Source: Salpingoeca rosetta
Taxonomy: Eukaryota > Protista > Choanoflagellata
DNA: 64,000 bases
Assembly: GCA_033442325.1 (NCBI GenBank)
Contig: JAWQFM010000003.1
Span: 1,899,490-1,963,489 of the forward strand
Direction of reading: 5' to 3'
The position numbers were made by a program, and so were the translations under genes. Under the pieces are notes generated by a model that worked only from the letters and a program-made list of their open reading frames with translations, did no database searches and was not told where the DNA came from. Of this stretch, positions 31,386 to 49,482 are shown piece by piece; the stretch's first letter is position 1; the number at the start of each line of letters is the position of its first letter.

Positions 31386-33681
31386 AACCTTCCTTGCAGT
31401 GTGCTACGTTGTCTTTGCAACTCAGGGTGCTTTGCTTGCAAGCAAGGCGTCCTGTATTTGTTGCGCTCATGGCGTACTTTTTTTGTTCACGTACTCCCAC
31501 TCGCACGTACCAACCCCCATCCCACCACCTCCTTGGTCAACAGACGGTGATGGACGTGCTTGAAGCGGTGCCCAAGAGCAAGACCCAGCACGTACGCGCA
31601 CTCCTCAGCAACGTTGTCAAGACAGCACATGACAGCGTTCCAAAGGTGTGTGCTCCTGTGTGATCCCCTGACCACACACTCTCTTGGTCGCACATGCACC
31701 CCCTAGTCTTCCCCTTTTGTCACCACCCCCTTCCCAGTCCCTAATCACTCACCCCTTGCAACTGTGCAGGCGCGCGCGGTGATGGATTACGTGCCGAGCG
31801 TTTACGACGAGAATGCACTCGCGCTGAAGAAAGGAGATGTGGTTGTTCTGTTGGACAACAACACCAAGGGCTGGTGGCGGGGACAGGTTGGCACACGTGT
31901 CGGCGTGTTCCCCCACACTTACGTCGGTACGTATTACCTGCACAGTGGAAAGTGGTTTGAATATGCACACACGCACGCACACACACACGCACACAGAGAA
32001 CTGCATACACGCACACACGCACACGCACACACACACACACACACAACTGCATACACACACAACTGCATACACACACAACTGCATACACACACACATACTT
32101 TCTCGCTCACACCTCCTCCCTCCTCACCATGAACATCTGTAGAACTGCTGCAGTCGCCCGAATCAGATGACAGCGAACACGGCGGTGATGACGAGGATCG
32201 TGCTGATGCTGAACGTACGAGCAGTGCACAGACGACAGCAGCCACAACTACAGCAACCGCTGGCAGTCCACGAAGGTATGGGACCGCTTTGCACTGCACT
32301 GCGCTGGTGTTGCACATGTCTCTCACAAAGCACACATTGACAGGCACACATTATGTACACATGCACACTAAATGGCAGCCACATTTTCATGCTTCTCATG
32401 TCAATTCTGCACCTGCTCACGTGTGCGTGTGTATGTATGTATATGTGTGTGTGTGTGCACAGAAGACTTGATCGGACGCACACAAATCCATTCCTGGCAA
32501 GCGACAGCGTTGAGATTGACACAACGCTGGCAGAGGCGGCCGCGCAGCTGTTCTTCACGGGCGGCGACGGTGGTGATGATGATGAGGAGCAGGGGGGAGA
32601 GCGAGCGAGCGACGAAGACAACCGAGGAGAAGAAGATGAAGGAGAAGAGATGAGCGAAGAGGAGCAGCTGCACCATGATGGCGATGAAGACCACGAGCAG
32701 GCGGAGGACGCGTTCATGGTCAACGGCGACAATGGCGATGGTGAAGAAGAAGCAGAGGCGGTGAGTGGCGGAGAGGACGAAGAAGAGGAGGAAGCACGTG
32801 TGGACACGGAAGACAAACCTGGCGATGACGACGTTGAGGAAGCAAGCAGCGAACAGAACCATGAAGCGAAACAAGACGACGAGGAAGACGAAGAGGAAGA
32901 CCATCAGGAGGAGAAGGAAGAACACACGAAAGAGGAGGAGGAAGAAGAAGAAGACGAGGAGGGAGAGGAACAGCAAGATGCGCCCACCGCCGATGGCCCG
33001 ACCAAACAGCAGCAGGAGGCGGAACACGTTGGGGGTGCAATGGCCAATGGCCGAGAGGAGGAGCAGCCAGAGCCAACACAGCGTGACGACGAAGAAGGAC
33101 ATGATGATGATGATGATGATGAGCACCTGGGCCGTGGGCAACAAGAAGACACGCAGCTCTCATCGTCACCACCATCTCCACCACAACAGCAGCAGCGGCA
33201 GGAGCAGGGGGAAGAAGAGCAGGCACCGCAAGGGCGAGCGGGTGCACATGGCGATGTGGCGGAAGCGGCGAAAGAGGAGCCGGTTGTGTTCACGGCGCAG
33301 TACATGGGGAGCAAATCCTGCAGTCATGCGACGGAGGCCGGGGCAGCCAAGGCGCTGGCCAAGATGCGCAAGTCTGGCAAGTTCCTGGTGGACAAGCCGC
33401 CCATCAGACTGGTGATCACCCGCGAGAGCGTGAGCTTCGTTGACGCGGACACGGGGATGGTGATTGTGGCGCACGAACAGCCAACGGTGGTGTGCACGAC
33501 CGTCGACCCGCAGGACGCGTGCATGTTCGCGTATGTGACGGCGGCGGCCGCCGCAGCTGCTGGTGATGGCGACGAGGACGTGAAGACCAAGCCGTACTGT
33601 CATGCGTTCAGACTGCAGACCGAGGCCGACGCAGCCGCGTGCACCGCCACCGTCCGCTCTCTCGTCCTCGCAACGCCGTGA
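29620..33681 (+). CDS. Ankyrin-repeat / SH3 / acidic linker / PTB scaffold (ANKS1- and CASKIN-related)
   Basis: MGREDELMKAAQSGN; RRGPTV..QDDVGYTALHHAALHGH; KGCCPLHLAAWSGH; ETALHMAAQHGNTEV; ETALDLAAQYGR; HTPLHLAACNGH; GTALHEAALYGR. SH3 ARAVMDY...GWWRGQVGTRVGVFPHTYV (about 31769-31925). PTB FTAQYMGS...VDPQDACMFAYVT...YCHAF (about 33285-33681). Confidence 0.9.
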
Positions 33682-33710
33682 CGTGACGGTGGTGCTGTTA
33701 CTGTGTGTGT

Positions 33711-33793
<83 letters not shown>

Positions 33794-34534
33794 CGTGCGT
33801 GCGTGTGTGTGTGTGTGTGTGTATGTGTGTGCGTGTGGCACGCATTGACCTGCTTGCGTTGCGTGCGCACGCGTGTGTGCCCTGTATGTCAATTAGCTTG
33901 TGTATGGATGTGTGTGTGTGTGTGTGCATGCTGATTAGCTTGTGTGCTGGCGTGTGAGATTGCTTGTTTTGGTTCTTCCTGAACGTGCGTGCGTGTGTGT
34001 ATGTCGTCTGTTGCCAGCACGTTACACTTCTGCTGAGCTGTGAGTTGGCCTTGGGAAATTACAAAACGTAAAGGCGTCTATGGGATTGTGAACAACTGAA
34101 CAACTGAACAAATGGAGAGCAAGCAAAGAGAAAGAAGCGGAGGGAAGCAGAAAGGCAACAATTGCTGCTCAAACATGTGTACAGGTGGACTTGGATGTGT
34201 GCAAGTGAACAGCGCAAGCATTGGAGGGGGGGGTCGGCAGCCACGGGAGCGAACACACAACAAACTCAAAACAAAAGGAAGAATACGCGAAACACGCTGA
34301 ACAACGAGAACGCATGGAGCAAGCACACAGCCCAACACGACACGATGGAACGGCAACTACGACTTGAGGGGCACCAGAGGCACCACGTTTGCATGCCATG
34401 GTTGTGTGGTTGTGTGACGTGTGGTTGTGTGCAGAGGGTGGAGATAGAGACGGGGTGGGAAAAGGGTCAACTAATTTGAGTAGAGAATGCGCAGATCATC
34501 AGCAGCAAGAAGATGTGCTTTCCCACGCAGCACT

Positions 34535-34636
34535 TTACGCCAAACCACCGTGTGGACCGCGAATCCGTCTCGCCAACTGTGTGTGTGTGAGTGTGTGTGA
34601 GTGTGTGTGTGTGAGTGTGTGTGAGTGTGTGTGTGT

Positions 34637-34716
<80 letters not shown>

Positions 34717-35699
34717 ACACGTGAGATGGGAGCCGCGCAATGGTTGATGCTAAGCATGCAAATGCCATTTCGTCGCCAGCCACCACCTCCCCACGCCATC
34801 TGAGTAAACAAACAAGCTTCGTTGCACCAGCACCACCGACCTGAATGTCCTTGACCATGATGGTGACGCGTTTGGCGTGGATGGCGCACAGGTTTGCGTC
34901 TTCAAATAGGTGGACGAGAAACGCCTCTGCCGCTTCTTGCAACGCAAGAATGGCCATGGCTTGCCATCTCAGGGGCTCGTTGCCTGTGTAAAAGTCCTGT
35001 GCAACCTCGCGCACCTTCACGATCGTGTGTGCGTGTGAGAGAGTGTGCGTGTGAGTGTGAGAGAGAGAGAGTGTGTGTGTGTGTGAGAGCGAGTGTGTGT
35101 GTGTGTGTGTGAGTGGGGAGTGAATGGGTGAATGGGCAGATGTGCGTGAATGTGTGTGTGTGTGTGTGTTGGTGAGTTGGATGCAGGTCATTTCGGGTGG
35201 GCACGTGCACCGGCCACGCGCCGCACCAGCTATGCGCAGCAGATAGCACGCCGAAACACGGCACGTGTGCATGATCGTCTGACTCACAACGCGTGCAAAG
35301 GGTAGTTTGCGGATGAGCAAGTCTGTGCTGCGCTGGTACTTCTTGATTTCTCGCAGAGCAACTGTGCCTGGTCGGAATCGCCGCTTGGTCAGCGGCATCG
35401 GATCACCGGCTGCAGTCACGGCGAAGTAAATGCAAACGATGTGAAGAGACGAAAGTGAGCATGAGAATAACGGGAGAGGCCAGCACACGACACACACGAG
35501 CCCATCCCCCTTTTCGCACACACATACACACACACACACATACATGCACACACACACACGCATGCACACACACATGCACACACACACACACACATGTGCA
35601 CACACATGTGCACACACATGCACACGCACGTTTGGAGCGTTGCGGCGTTGCTGGTTTGCGTCTGCTGGAGCTGCCTGAAGACACCTTGGTGCGAGCCAT
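34535..35699 (-). CDS. CENPA: Centromeric histone H3 variant (CenH3/CENP-A), about 135 aa
   Basis: Exons 35699-35630, 35409-35288, 35014-34841, 34576-34535. Divergent tail after MARTK; PFARV instead of PFQRL; longer loop 1 (DFYTGNEP); LRWQ instead of LRFQ; LVHLFED instead of LVGLFED. Confidence 0.9.
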
Positions 35700-36055
35700 G
35701 ATGGCACGTTCCTCCTTTGAATGTCGCTTTCACTCTCTCTCACACAGTCACACACACACACACACTCGCACTCACGCTCTCTCTTTTGGTCTTCCTCCAA
35801 CTGTTCTGCACACAGCGGCAGTGACACCTGGCTGTCCTTGGGTGGGTAGGTGGTGTGTTTCGTCTTTCGTCTTGTGAGCGGCGCGCAAAAATGCGGCACT
35901 CGCGTTTGTTTTGGTTGCGCGGGGAGTTGCCGAATATTCGCCATATTTCCAAACAAAACCACTACACATTTTTTATTCTGAGACGGCACAAGGAAAAAAA
36001 AAGCACGCCACGCTGATGGACGGGTGGTGGAGCAGACAGCGTGTGGTGGTCACAC

Positions 36056-36134
36056 TCATTCCTGCTTCTGCTCTTCAAGCTCCTTCTTCATCTCCTGTGT
36101 GTGTGTGTGTGTGCGTATGTGTGTGTGTGTGTGC

Positions 36135-36190
<56 letters not shown>

Positions 36191-36507
36191 GGAGAGGGAA
36201 AGAAGAGAGTGTGTGTGAATGTTTGTTGCTGACAAACAAACTGACACGGCTACACGCACACACGCCAACATACACAGACATACACACGCACATACACACA
36301 CATGCACAGACATGCTTCCACTGACCTCGAGCTGCTCCTTGGATGGCATGAGGTACATGAGCCCCAGCATTACAAACACAATCAGGAGCTGTGGCACGAG
36401 CATCAGGGTTGACAAAAGGTGAGAAGAAAAGAAGGTGACACGGCCGAGGGGAACACAAGCCCCTCGCTGGGTGTGCACGAATGATGTACAGAGAGAGGGG
36501 CGTGCAT

Positions 36508-36545
<38 letters not shown>

Positions 36546-37116
36546 TCACACTCACTCACTCACTCACTCACTCTCTCTCACTCTCTCTCACTCACTCACT
36601 CACTCTCACTCTCACTCTCTCACTCTCACTCACTCTCTCTCACTCACTCTCACTCTCTCACACACACACACACACACTCTCTCTCTCTCACTCACTCACT
36701 CACTCACTCTCACTCACTCACACACACACACACACACACACACACTCTCTCTCTCTCTTCCCTCGCCCTGCTTCTCAGCCTGGTTCACGAGGACAGTATG
36801 CACAGCCACATACGGATGGGTTGTAGAGGATGTCCTTGATGCTCCACGCCTTGCGCTCCTCAAAGTACTTGTGCTGCGCAATGTACGGCACCTCCAACCC
36901 ATGACCCGCCACGTACGGCACAGGCACAACCCGATCCACTGGCACGCATAGGGCATGGGTATACGACAGTGTGTGTGTGAGTGAGAGAGTGTGTGTGTTT
37001 GTGTGAGTGAGAATCAGGAGAGTTGACGGCCAAATGGCATGGAATGAAGGCGCAGAGAGCAACAACAAAATGCACGCATTCGGCCAGACAAACACACACG
37101 CACACACAAACGCAAA

Positions 37117-37200
<84 letters not shown>

Positions 37201-37542
37201 AACACGCACACACAAACGCAAACGTGCACACACACGTGCATACACATACACACAGAGCACCGGAGCACTTACTGCCAAGGAAATCTGCTTGAAACGCGCG
37301 CACGTTGTTGGAAAACTGTCGATCCACGTCCACCCGAATCGGCATGTAGTGATACTTTGGGTTGAACACCTGCAGCCACACAAACGTCGCGTAAGACCAA
37401 AACAGAGGGCGGTGGCCACACTTCCAACAACACCAGCAATCGTAGGGCGAGGGGAGCACCTCCATGCGCACGAGGAAGCACACGGCCCAAGATGCACGAA
37501 GAAGAATCACATGACCCAACGCGTCTCAAGAAGCTGCACACG

Positions 37543-37609
<67 letters not shown>

Positions 37610-38073
37610 CCAGCGTGTAGGAAGCACTTGGCACATCGTTGATGACGAAGCTGCCATCCTCCTTCACCAATCCCTGATGAATCAAAGCGTGATGACCACG
37701 ACATTGGTTGTGATGAAAAGAATGCAGTTGCTCATGCACACGCACACACACCACACGTCACACAACCCACAACACCACACGTCACACAACGCCAACGTCA
37801 CACAACACCACACGTCACAAAACACACAACACACACACACACACTCTCTCTCTCTCACACACACACACGCACGACAGCACATCACACCTGAACAACGCCG
37901 CCATCGAGCACCACGCGGGTTTGTGCAATGTACTCCTTGGTTGCCTCTGGTGGAATGTGAATCCTGCCTTGCACAGAGTACCGCTTTCCCTTTGCAGCTT
38001 CTGCATGTGGCAGCACGGCACCCACCACCACCGCTACCAGCGCCGCCAACAAAGCTGTCCTCATCACCGCCAT
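36056..38073 (-). CDS. EMC7: ER membrane protein complex subunit 7
   Basis: Signal peptide; TRVVLDGG..QGLVKEDGSFVINDVPSASYTLEVFNPKYHYMPIRVDV; YFEERKAWSIKDILYNP; TM helix LLIVFVMLGLMYLMP; ends EMKKELEEQKQE*. Confidence 0.9.
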
Positions 38074-38318
38074 CTTGTGCACACGTTGTTGTCGGTTGAT
38101 CTTTGAGGGGCTGCTGATTATTTGTGGGTGATATCGCTATTTCTCCACACCACACGAACGAAGGCAGCAGCCACCAGACACAGCACCGCTCAACTTGGCT
38201 TGCTTGCTTGCTTGCTTGTTGCTTGTGAACGTGCGCACACAACAGTGGACGACGCATTGGTTGTTTGTGAGTGTGCGTGTACGGGATTCGTTACTTGTGT
38301 CTGTGTGAGTGAGTGTGA

Positions 38319-43561
<5,243 letters not shown>

Positions 43562-43856
43562 TGATGGTGGTGGTTGTGGTGGTGATGCCTGCGTCGTGCG
43601 TGTGAGTGTGCATCATGCCTTCGGTGTGCATGTGTATGTGTGTCAGTTTGCTGTTTTGGTCTGAGATTAAACGTGCGTGCTTCAGAGGCAGCAAGGTTCG
43701 TGTATTCGCGAATGAAAGAAACGAAGATGGTGGTAAACAGAGGAAGATGACCCGAAACAAGCACAAAAACAAACACAATCAAACTCGCAAGCACATCCGA
43801 CAGCATGCACACACATGCAATCGTGTCTATTCGTCAACGCCGCGGCACTGCGCGTG

Positions 43857-44426
43857 CTAGAGCGAGTCGTAGGTGCCCTCGCTGCCGTGCGGTCTGCGAC
43901 AGGTGACGAACCGCACGCCATCGCCAACAGCACGCGGAAGCGTCTGGGTCCAGAACTCCGCGTGGGGCAACAGCTCAACCCCGGTCGCGTTGTGCACGAG
44001 CTTGTTGTAGATGACACCGCCCACGAAGTACGGCACGATGAATCCAAACACCAGACTGAACGGCGGTTGAGGCGGTGGCGGTGACATGAATGGGAGGGAG
44101 ACATAGATGAGGACATGAGGACAAGAACTCAACAATAACAACAAGCGCCGTGGTTGGTGGTGATGGTAGTTGTGGTGGTGGTGATGGTGATGGTTGTGGT
44201 GGTGGCGGCGGCGATCATGAGTGGCAAGTCGTGGCATGAGAGGCGAGCAGTTGCGCCAACACGCGTAATGGAGCAGTCATTACATGAGTAGGAAGACGCC
44301 ACCGCCCGAAATTGGTTTCTTGAAGTGTTTGTTCTTGAGAGGAACGCAAACGTCCGTGCATGTGTCCATCGTCGGATATGCGCCCGTGCGCTGCTGCTTG
44401 CACTCGCCTAAATTGATGAGCACGAG

Positions 44427-44498
<72 letters not shown>

Positions 44499-46478
44499 AT
44501 GTATGTGTGTGTGTGTGTGTGTGGATGCAAATACATGCGTGTGCATGCCAGTCTATGAGTGTACATGCAACGCACGAGTGTGCAACTTGTAGTCAAATGA
44601 GCACTTGGCGCGTGCCGCCGCGTCAACCACCACCAAGCCCACGTGAACAGCTCTCCGTCCCATCACGATCCTTGAGCACCAACTCGTTGCTCGTCAACCG
44701 TACCGCTATCGGTGCACACGTATCCGTTGGCAATGATGGGCTCATCGCAGCCAATGGAACAGGAGCTGTCGGTTGGAAATGCGCCCAAGTCCCTCGCCAC
44801 GCACCTGGTGTCCACAACACGAGGCAGGGTCAGGCGGCAGCACAGCACCACCCGCAAACAAACGAACAAAGGCAAATCGACGACAGCGGACCGCAGGAGC
44901 CGAGTCTAACAGCTGCATGCCAACTCACACAAACTGTGGAGCGCAGGCGCTGCCGCCATCAAACGCGTCCTGCCAGAGCGCATATGCGGCCTCGTACACG
45001 GGACGGGTGCACACCGCACAGCCATCGTTGCAGCGGAGGCCTGTCCACAGCACGACTGCCGACCCGTTGGCACGCATCACCTGCACATCGACGAGCACAT
45101 TGCAGAAGCCATCACGCGCGAGCTCTGTAGCGATGGTCACGTTTGTCAGTGGTGGTGACGCCTTTGCCTCTGATGGAAAACCAAAGAAGCCCCCGACAAT
45201 CTGCTTTGAATCCGGGGACACCGTACCAACTCCCTGAAGCACGTGATGGTGATGGCAGCGGCAGGTGGCGTGGTGGTGGTGGTGGTGGTGTTGTTGTTGT
45301 TGTTGTTTAAGTTGTTGTTTAAGTTGTTGTTGTTGTTTAAGTTGTTGTTTAAGTTGTTGTTGTTGTTGTTTAAGTTGTTGTTTAAGTTGTTGTTGTTGTT
45401 GTTTAAGTTGTTGTTTAAGTTGTTGTTGTTGTTTAAGTTGTTGTTTAAGTTGTTGTTTAAGTTGTTGTTGTTGTTGGTGTTGTTGTTGTTGTTGTTGTTG
45501 TTGTGAGAAACAGGCGGAGGGCGAGTGTAGGAAAGATGAGGTGAGCAAAGATGTGAGCACATGGACACAATGGGCTGAACATTTATTATGGGATCATCGT
45601 CACCACCGCCGCATTCGTGCACTGACCGCTGTGTATGCAATAGCGACGACGCTGGAGAAGCCCGCGATGTTGAGGTTGTCCGAGGGTGAGTCGGACGTGC
45701 GGGTGTTGAGCTGCAGCGGCGATGTGCACAGCACCGCGTCCAGCGTCACCTGTACCGTCGATCGTGATCATGGCGAAGATGGAGCACTGTTGGTCATTGA
45801 TCGCGAGCAGTGGTGGGTGTCCACTCTCTCGCACTGGACAGATGAGTGGAAGGGTCGTCACACACGACGCACAAACACACACACACACACATACAAGCAC
45901 ATACAAGCACATACACACACACACACATACACACACATACACATACACACGACGCACGCACCTGGCAGACGTATGACGTGTCTGTGTTGAGGTTTCGCTG
46001 CTGGAAGGCGATGGTGACGTCGCGGTTGTTTGTGATTGCGTGCTGCATGTTCACTATGTCCTCCCCGGCACCGGCCCGGTACACGAGGCCAAGCTCCCGC
46101 TGCCGCTGCGCATCAATATCATAGCGAACTACACGCACGCATGCACACGCACGCACATGCACACACGCACACACGCACGCACAAGCACGCACACACGGCG
46201 GTGTTGGGAGAGACGCAATGTCAGCTCGGTGCTGTGATGCCATGGAAAGAAAGGACGTATGCAACCCGCACGCAACCCGCACACACGCACACATGCATAC
46301 ACACTTCACATGCGTGCGCGCACATAATATGCGCAACACTGACCTGCGACGATGGTTGAGCCATTGTTGACGAGTGTGATGATGGTGTTGCCGGAGTCAA
46401 CAGCGGCAACAGAGACCTGCAGGCGCGGAAGGACACAAAATCACACAAAATAAGCTCGCGTACACACACACACACACA

Positions 46479-46554
<76 letters not shown>

Positions 46555-46950
46555 TGCACGCGCTCTCTCCGTGTCTTGCGTGCGCACACTGCAACCCGAG
46601 CAGCCAGTGTTGAGAGCCGGCGCAATGGCACACCTCTGCGGTGCCCGGAAGCGGGAGGGATGCGGTGTAGAGGGTGGTGGCGCCCGTGACAGCAACCGTC
46701 TTCAGCCGATACGAGGTCAGGTCGTCGTTGGCCACGACAAAGCTGGCAATCGCCGTGTTGCCAATGGCATCTGTGCCAACATCAAACGTGGCTGGCGAGG
46801 CAAAGGTGTGCAGACCGGGATCGCAGCAGATGTAGTTTGGAGACCACCCGTTGGCCGCGTCCCACGCAAGGTTGATCGCCTTGGCGTCGTTCGAGCCCGC
46901 GTCGGCTGTAGGCACACGGACATGTAGGGTAAGTGTGCGTGTGTGTGTGT

Positions 46951-46985
<35 letters not shown>

Positions 46986-47211
46986 CGAGCAAACCGATCA
47001 ATACGCATGACAAACGAATTGCGACAGAATGAACAAGTCAAACAAGACTTTGTCGGTTCAAGGGCTATGCGCGAAGTACAACAATGGTAACAGGATAGTG
47101 CGTGCAGTGGCCACATGGACAACGCACGTCGATATGCAAAGAGGGCGTTGACGGCGCTGCCATCGTCGGCAACCGTGACAGTCATGCTGTCAAGACCACA
47201 GGCCAGCTAAG

Positions 47212-47276
<65 letters not shown>

Positions 47277-48462
47277 ATAACCGTGCATGACACCAACACG
47301 CATGGTGTGAGCAAAAGATTGAGATAATGCGCCAGTGGAAGAACGTGTACACAAAGACAACAACTGCAGCAGTGACTGGCACACCTTGTCAGCGACACCC
47401 AAGCTGATGATGGTGGTGGGCAACTCAAACGTCCCTGCAGCGCGAAATGCATGCAAGCAAGCAAGAAGTGTTGAGGTAAGGCCAAAGCGTGCGTTTCAGA
47501 TAGGGTTTGCTGCTGTGCTTCGAGTGGCCAATGCATCAACGGTGGCAAACACACGAGTATGTCTCAATACACAGGTCTTATCGTAGAATGTGGGGCTTGA
47601 AGGTCTCACCTTCCCAGCGAATGGCACTGATGGTGCAGCGGGCGCCGCCGGCGACGACGGTGGCTTGTGACACGAGAATCCAGCCACTGTACCCGGCGTG
47701 GTTCATGTCAACAGTCACCGATCCACTCTGCGCCAAGGTCTTGTTGAAGACCTTGGACGGCGTGCCGAGATCCCCGTTCTTGACAGACTCTGCGTTCGAC
47801 ACGGCCGCATACACGCCATCATCCGCCATCCACGCCACTGCAACCAAGACATGAAGTGTCAAATTACGCGCAAATGGGGTGAGTGCGAGGGCTACGCACG
47901 CACGCACACACACACGCATACATACGGTCACACGCACATATACATACGCCCACATGCGCAAACATGCGCGCACGCACACACACGCACACACACACACAAC
48001 TCACGGAGAATGCGATCTCCATCGTCAGACGCAGACACTGTCGCAGTGTTGAGCCTGCAGTGAAGACAGCATCGAACAAATTGATTTGGTGTAAGGATTG
48101 AGTTCTTTAGATGGACATTCCAAAAGCGACGCCCTTCGTTAAGATTGGGACTGCGTGACAGGTTACACAGTGTCACAATTCTCACAGCTTGCACTCGATG
48201 TCATGTCACAACGAAACATCAGTACACAGCACGTGCCCTCCAAAGCCAGTGTTGTGTCGATCTGAAGAAAACGGGTCTCTCCGCGTAAATGCGCAATCGC
48301 CAGATCACCTTACCCTGTGAGGTACTGGGGCAGTTGGTATGGCCCCCAGAGCGGGCCGTCACTGCTGGCAATGGCACTGCACGTGGTCAAACCACAGCAT
48401 GCCGCAAGCACTGCCAGCGCAGCCAACAGTGGCACGACCACAGCAGCAGGACTTGTGCGCAT
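43857..48462 (-). CDS. Type I membrane protein with large ectodomain and CD-M6PR/ATG27-like TM and cytosolic tail
   Basis: Signal peptide MRTSPAAVVVPLLAALAVLAACC; about 13 exons; Cys-rich juxtamembrane part; GGGVFLL..VFGFIVPYFVGGVIYNKLVHNATGVELLPHAEFWTQTLPRAVGDGVRFV...YDSL*. Confidence 0.75.
45289..45503. repeat. Compound (TTG)n repeat punctuated by TTTAAG (intronic)
   Basis: Units such as TTTAAGTTGTTG separated by variable TTG runs. Confidence 0.9.
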
Positions 48463-48611
48463 CGTGCTGGTTGGGAGGTCGACAGCAAAAAATGTGTCGC
48501 AAGTCCTGAATATTGGGCACAACACCAACTACTTTTCCCCGTGTCTGCACCACCCAATATCGAGCCAAGCAAAAGACACGAAGCTCAGACCAACATCAAC
48601 ATACAACAACC
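48463..48611. promoter_or_regulatory. Probable bidirectional promoter (149 nt between divergent ATGs)
   Basis: ATGs at 48462(-) and 48612(+). Inverted pair ATATTGGG (48510-48517) / CCCAATAT (48553-48560), each containing a CCAAT box. Confidence 0.5.
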
Positions 48612-49301
48612 ATGTGGACTGAGTCGCTGCCTGCGTTTGCCATCCTCACTGCAGCCGTGGCTGGGTGTGGTCTGTTGATTCAAGGAACACAGCTCCTCTT
48701 TAACGGTGGCAAGGTTGGTGCGAACGTGTATGTGAACGTGTGTTAGTGCGAACGTGCGTGTCTGTGCGAACTTTTGTGTGCGAACGTGTGAGCGTGAACG
48801 TATGTGTCTGTGAACGTGTACATGTGCGAACGTGTCTGTGAACGTGAGCGTATGTGTCTGTGCGAACGTGTCTGTGAACGTGAGCGTATGTGTCTGTGCG
48901 AACGTGCGTGTACGTCTGCGAACGTGTCTGTGAATGTGAGCGTATGTGTCTGTGCGAACGTGCGTGTACGTCTGCGAACGTGTTAGTGCGAACGTGTGTG
49001 TACATGCGCGAACGTGTGTTCGTGTGAACGTGTGTTAGTGCGAACGTGTGCGGCCATATCTGTGAACGTATGCGTGCGAACGACGTGTGTTGCAACCGTT
49101 CATGCTGGAATATGCTCAACGACCTTCTTTGGCCAGCGGCAAAGTTGCTCACTCTTACTCACATGTGCATTTTCTCGTCGCCCTTTTCGTTTCGCCCACC
49201 GACGACGTGCCTGCATACAGCCAAGGAGGTATCGCCTGGACGGCTTCGAGACCGAGATGCTTGCACGGGACGACCGCATCAAGAAGGAGGCGCAAGCATG
49301 A
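48612..49301 (+). CDS. NDUFA1: NADH dehydrogenase 1 alpha subcomplex subunit 1 (MWFE-like), 60 aa
   Basis: Exon 48612-48713 MWTESLPAFAILTAAVAGCGLLIQGTQLLFNGGK plus exon 49221-49301 PRRYRLDGFETEMLARDDRIKKEAQA*. Matches the MW.E.LP...NGGK...M.RD.RI pattern. Not shown intact in the ORF track. Confidence 0.85.
48718..49085. repeat. GAACGT-core minisatellite in the NDUFA1 intron
   Basis: About 19 GAACGT cores, including a roughly 36-nt higher-order unit TGTGAACGTGAGCGTATGTGTCTGTGCGAACGTGTC. Confidence 0.9.
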
Positions 49302-49431
49302 GCGTGCCCTCATGTATGCATGTTGTGTCAGTGCAGTAACGCGTGTGTGTTGAAATGTGCTCGTTTGTTTGACCTGTATGTTCAACAGTGGTGCGTGTGT
49401 GTGTGTGTGTGTGTGCGTGTGTGTGTGTGTG

Positions 49432-49482
<51 letters not shown>

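Noticed and set aside
35880-35945. E2F or RFX site and the CGAATATTCG palindrome upstream of CenH3
   Set aside because: No exact match to the TTTSSCGC or X-box consensus, and a single 10-bp palindrome is not significant in 64 kb.
45289-45503. Telomere-like or coding poly-Q (QQQLK) repeat
   Set aside because: It lies within an intron of the membrane-protein gene; TTTAAG is dispersed in TTG runs rather than in tandem, consistent with microsatellite slippage.
48060-48310. Possible third foreign island (AT-richer intron without microsatellite)
   Set aside because: It retains host-like TA depletion and TGTCAC/CACA words, and has normal intron length and boundaries.
48718-49085. CRISPR-like repeat/spacer array
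   Set aside because: The core is only 6-8 nt, the linkers are low-complexity and mutually similar, the context is a eukaryotic intron, and there are no cas genes.
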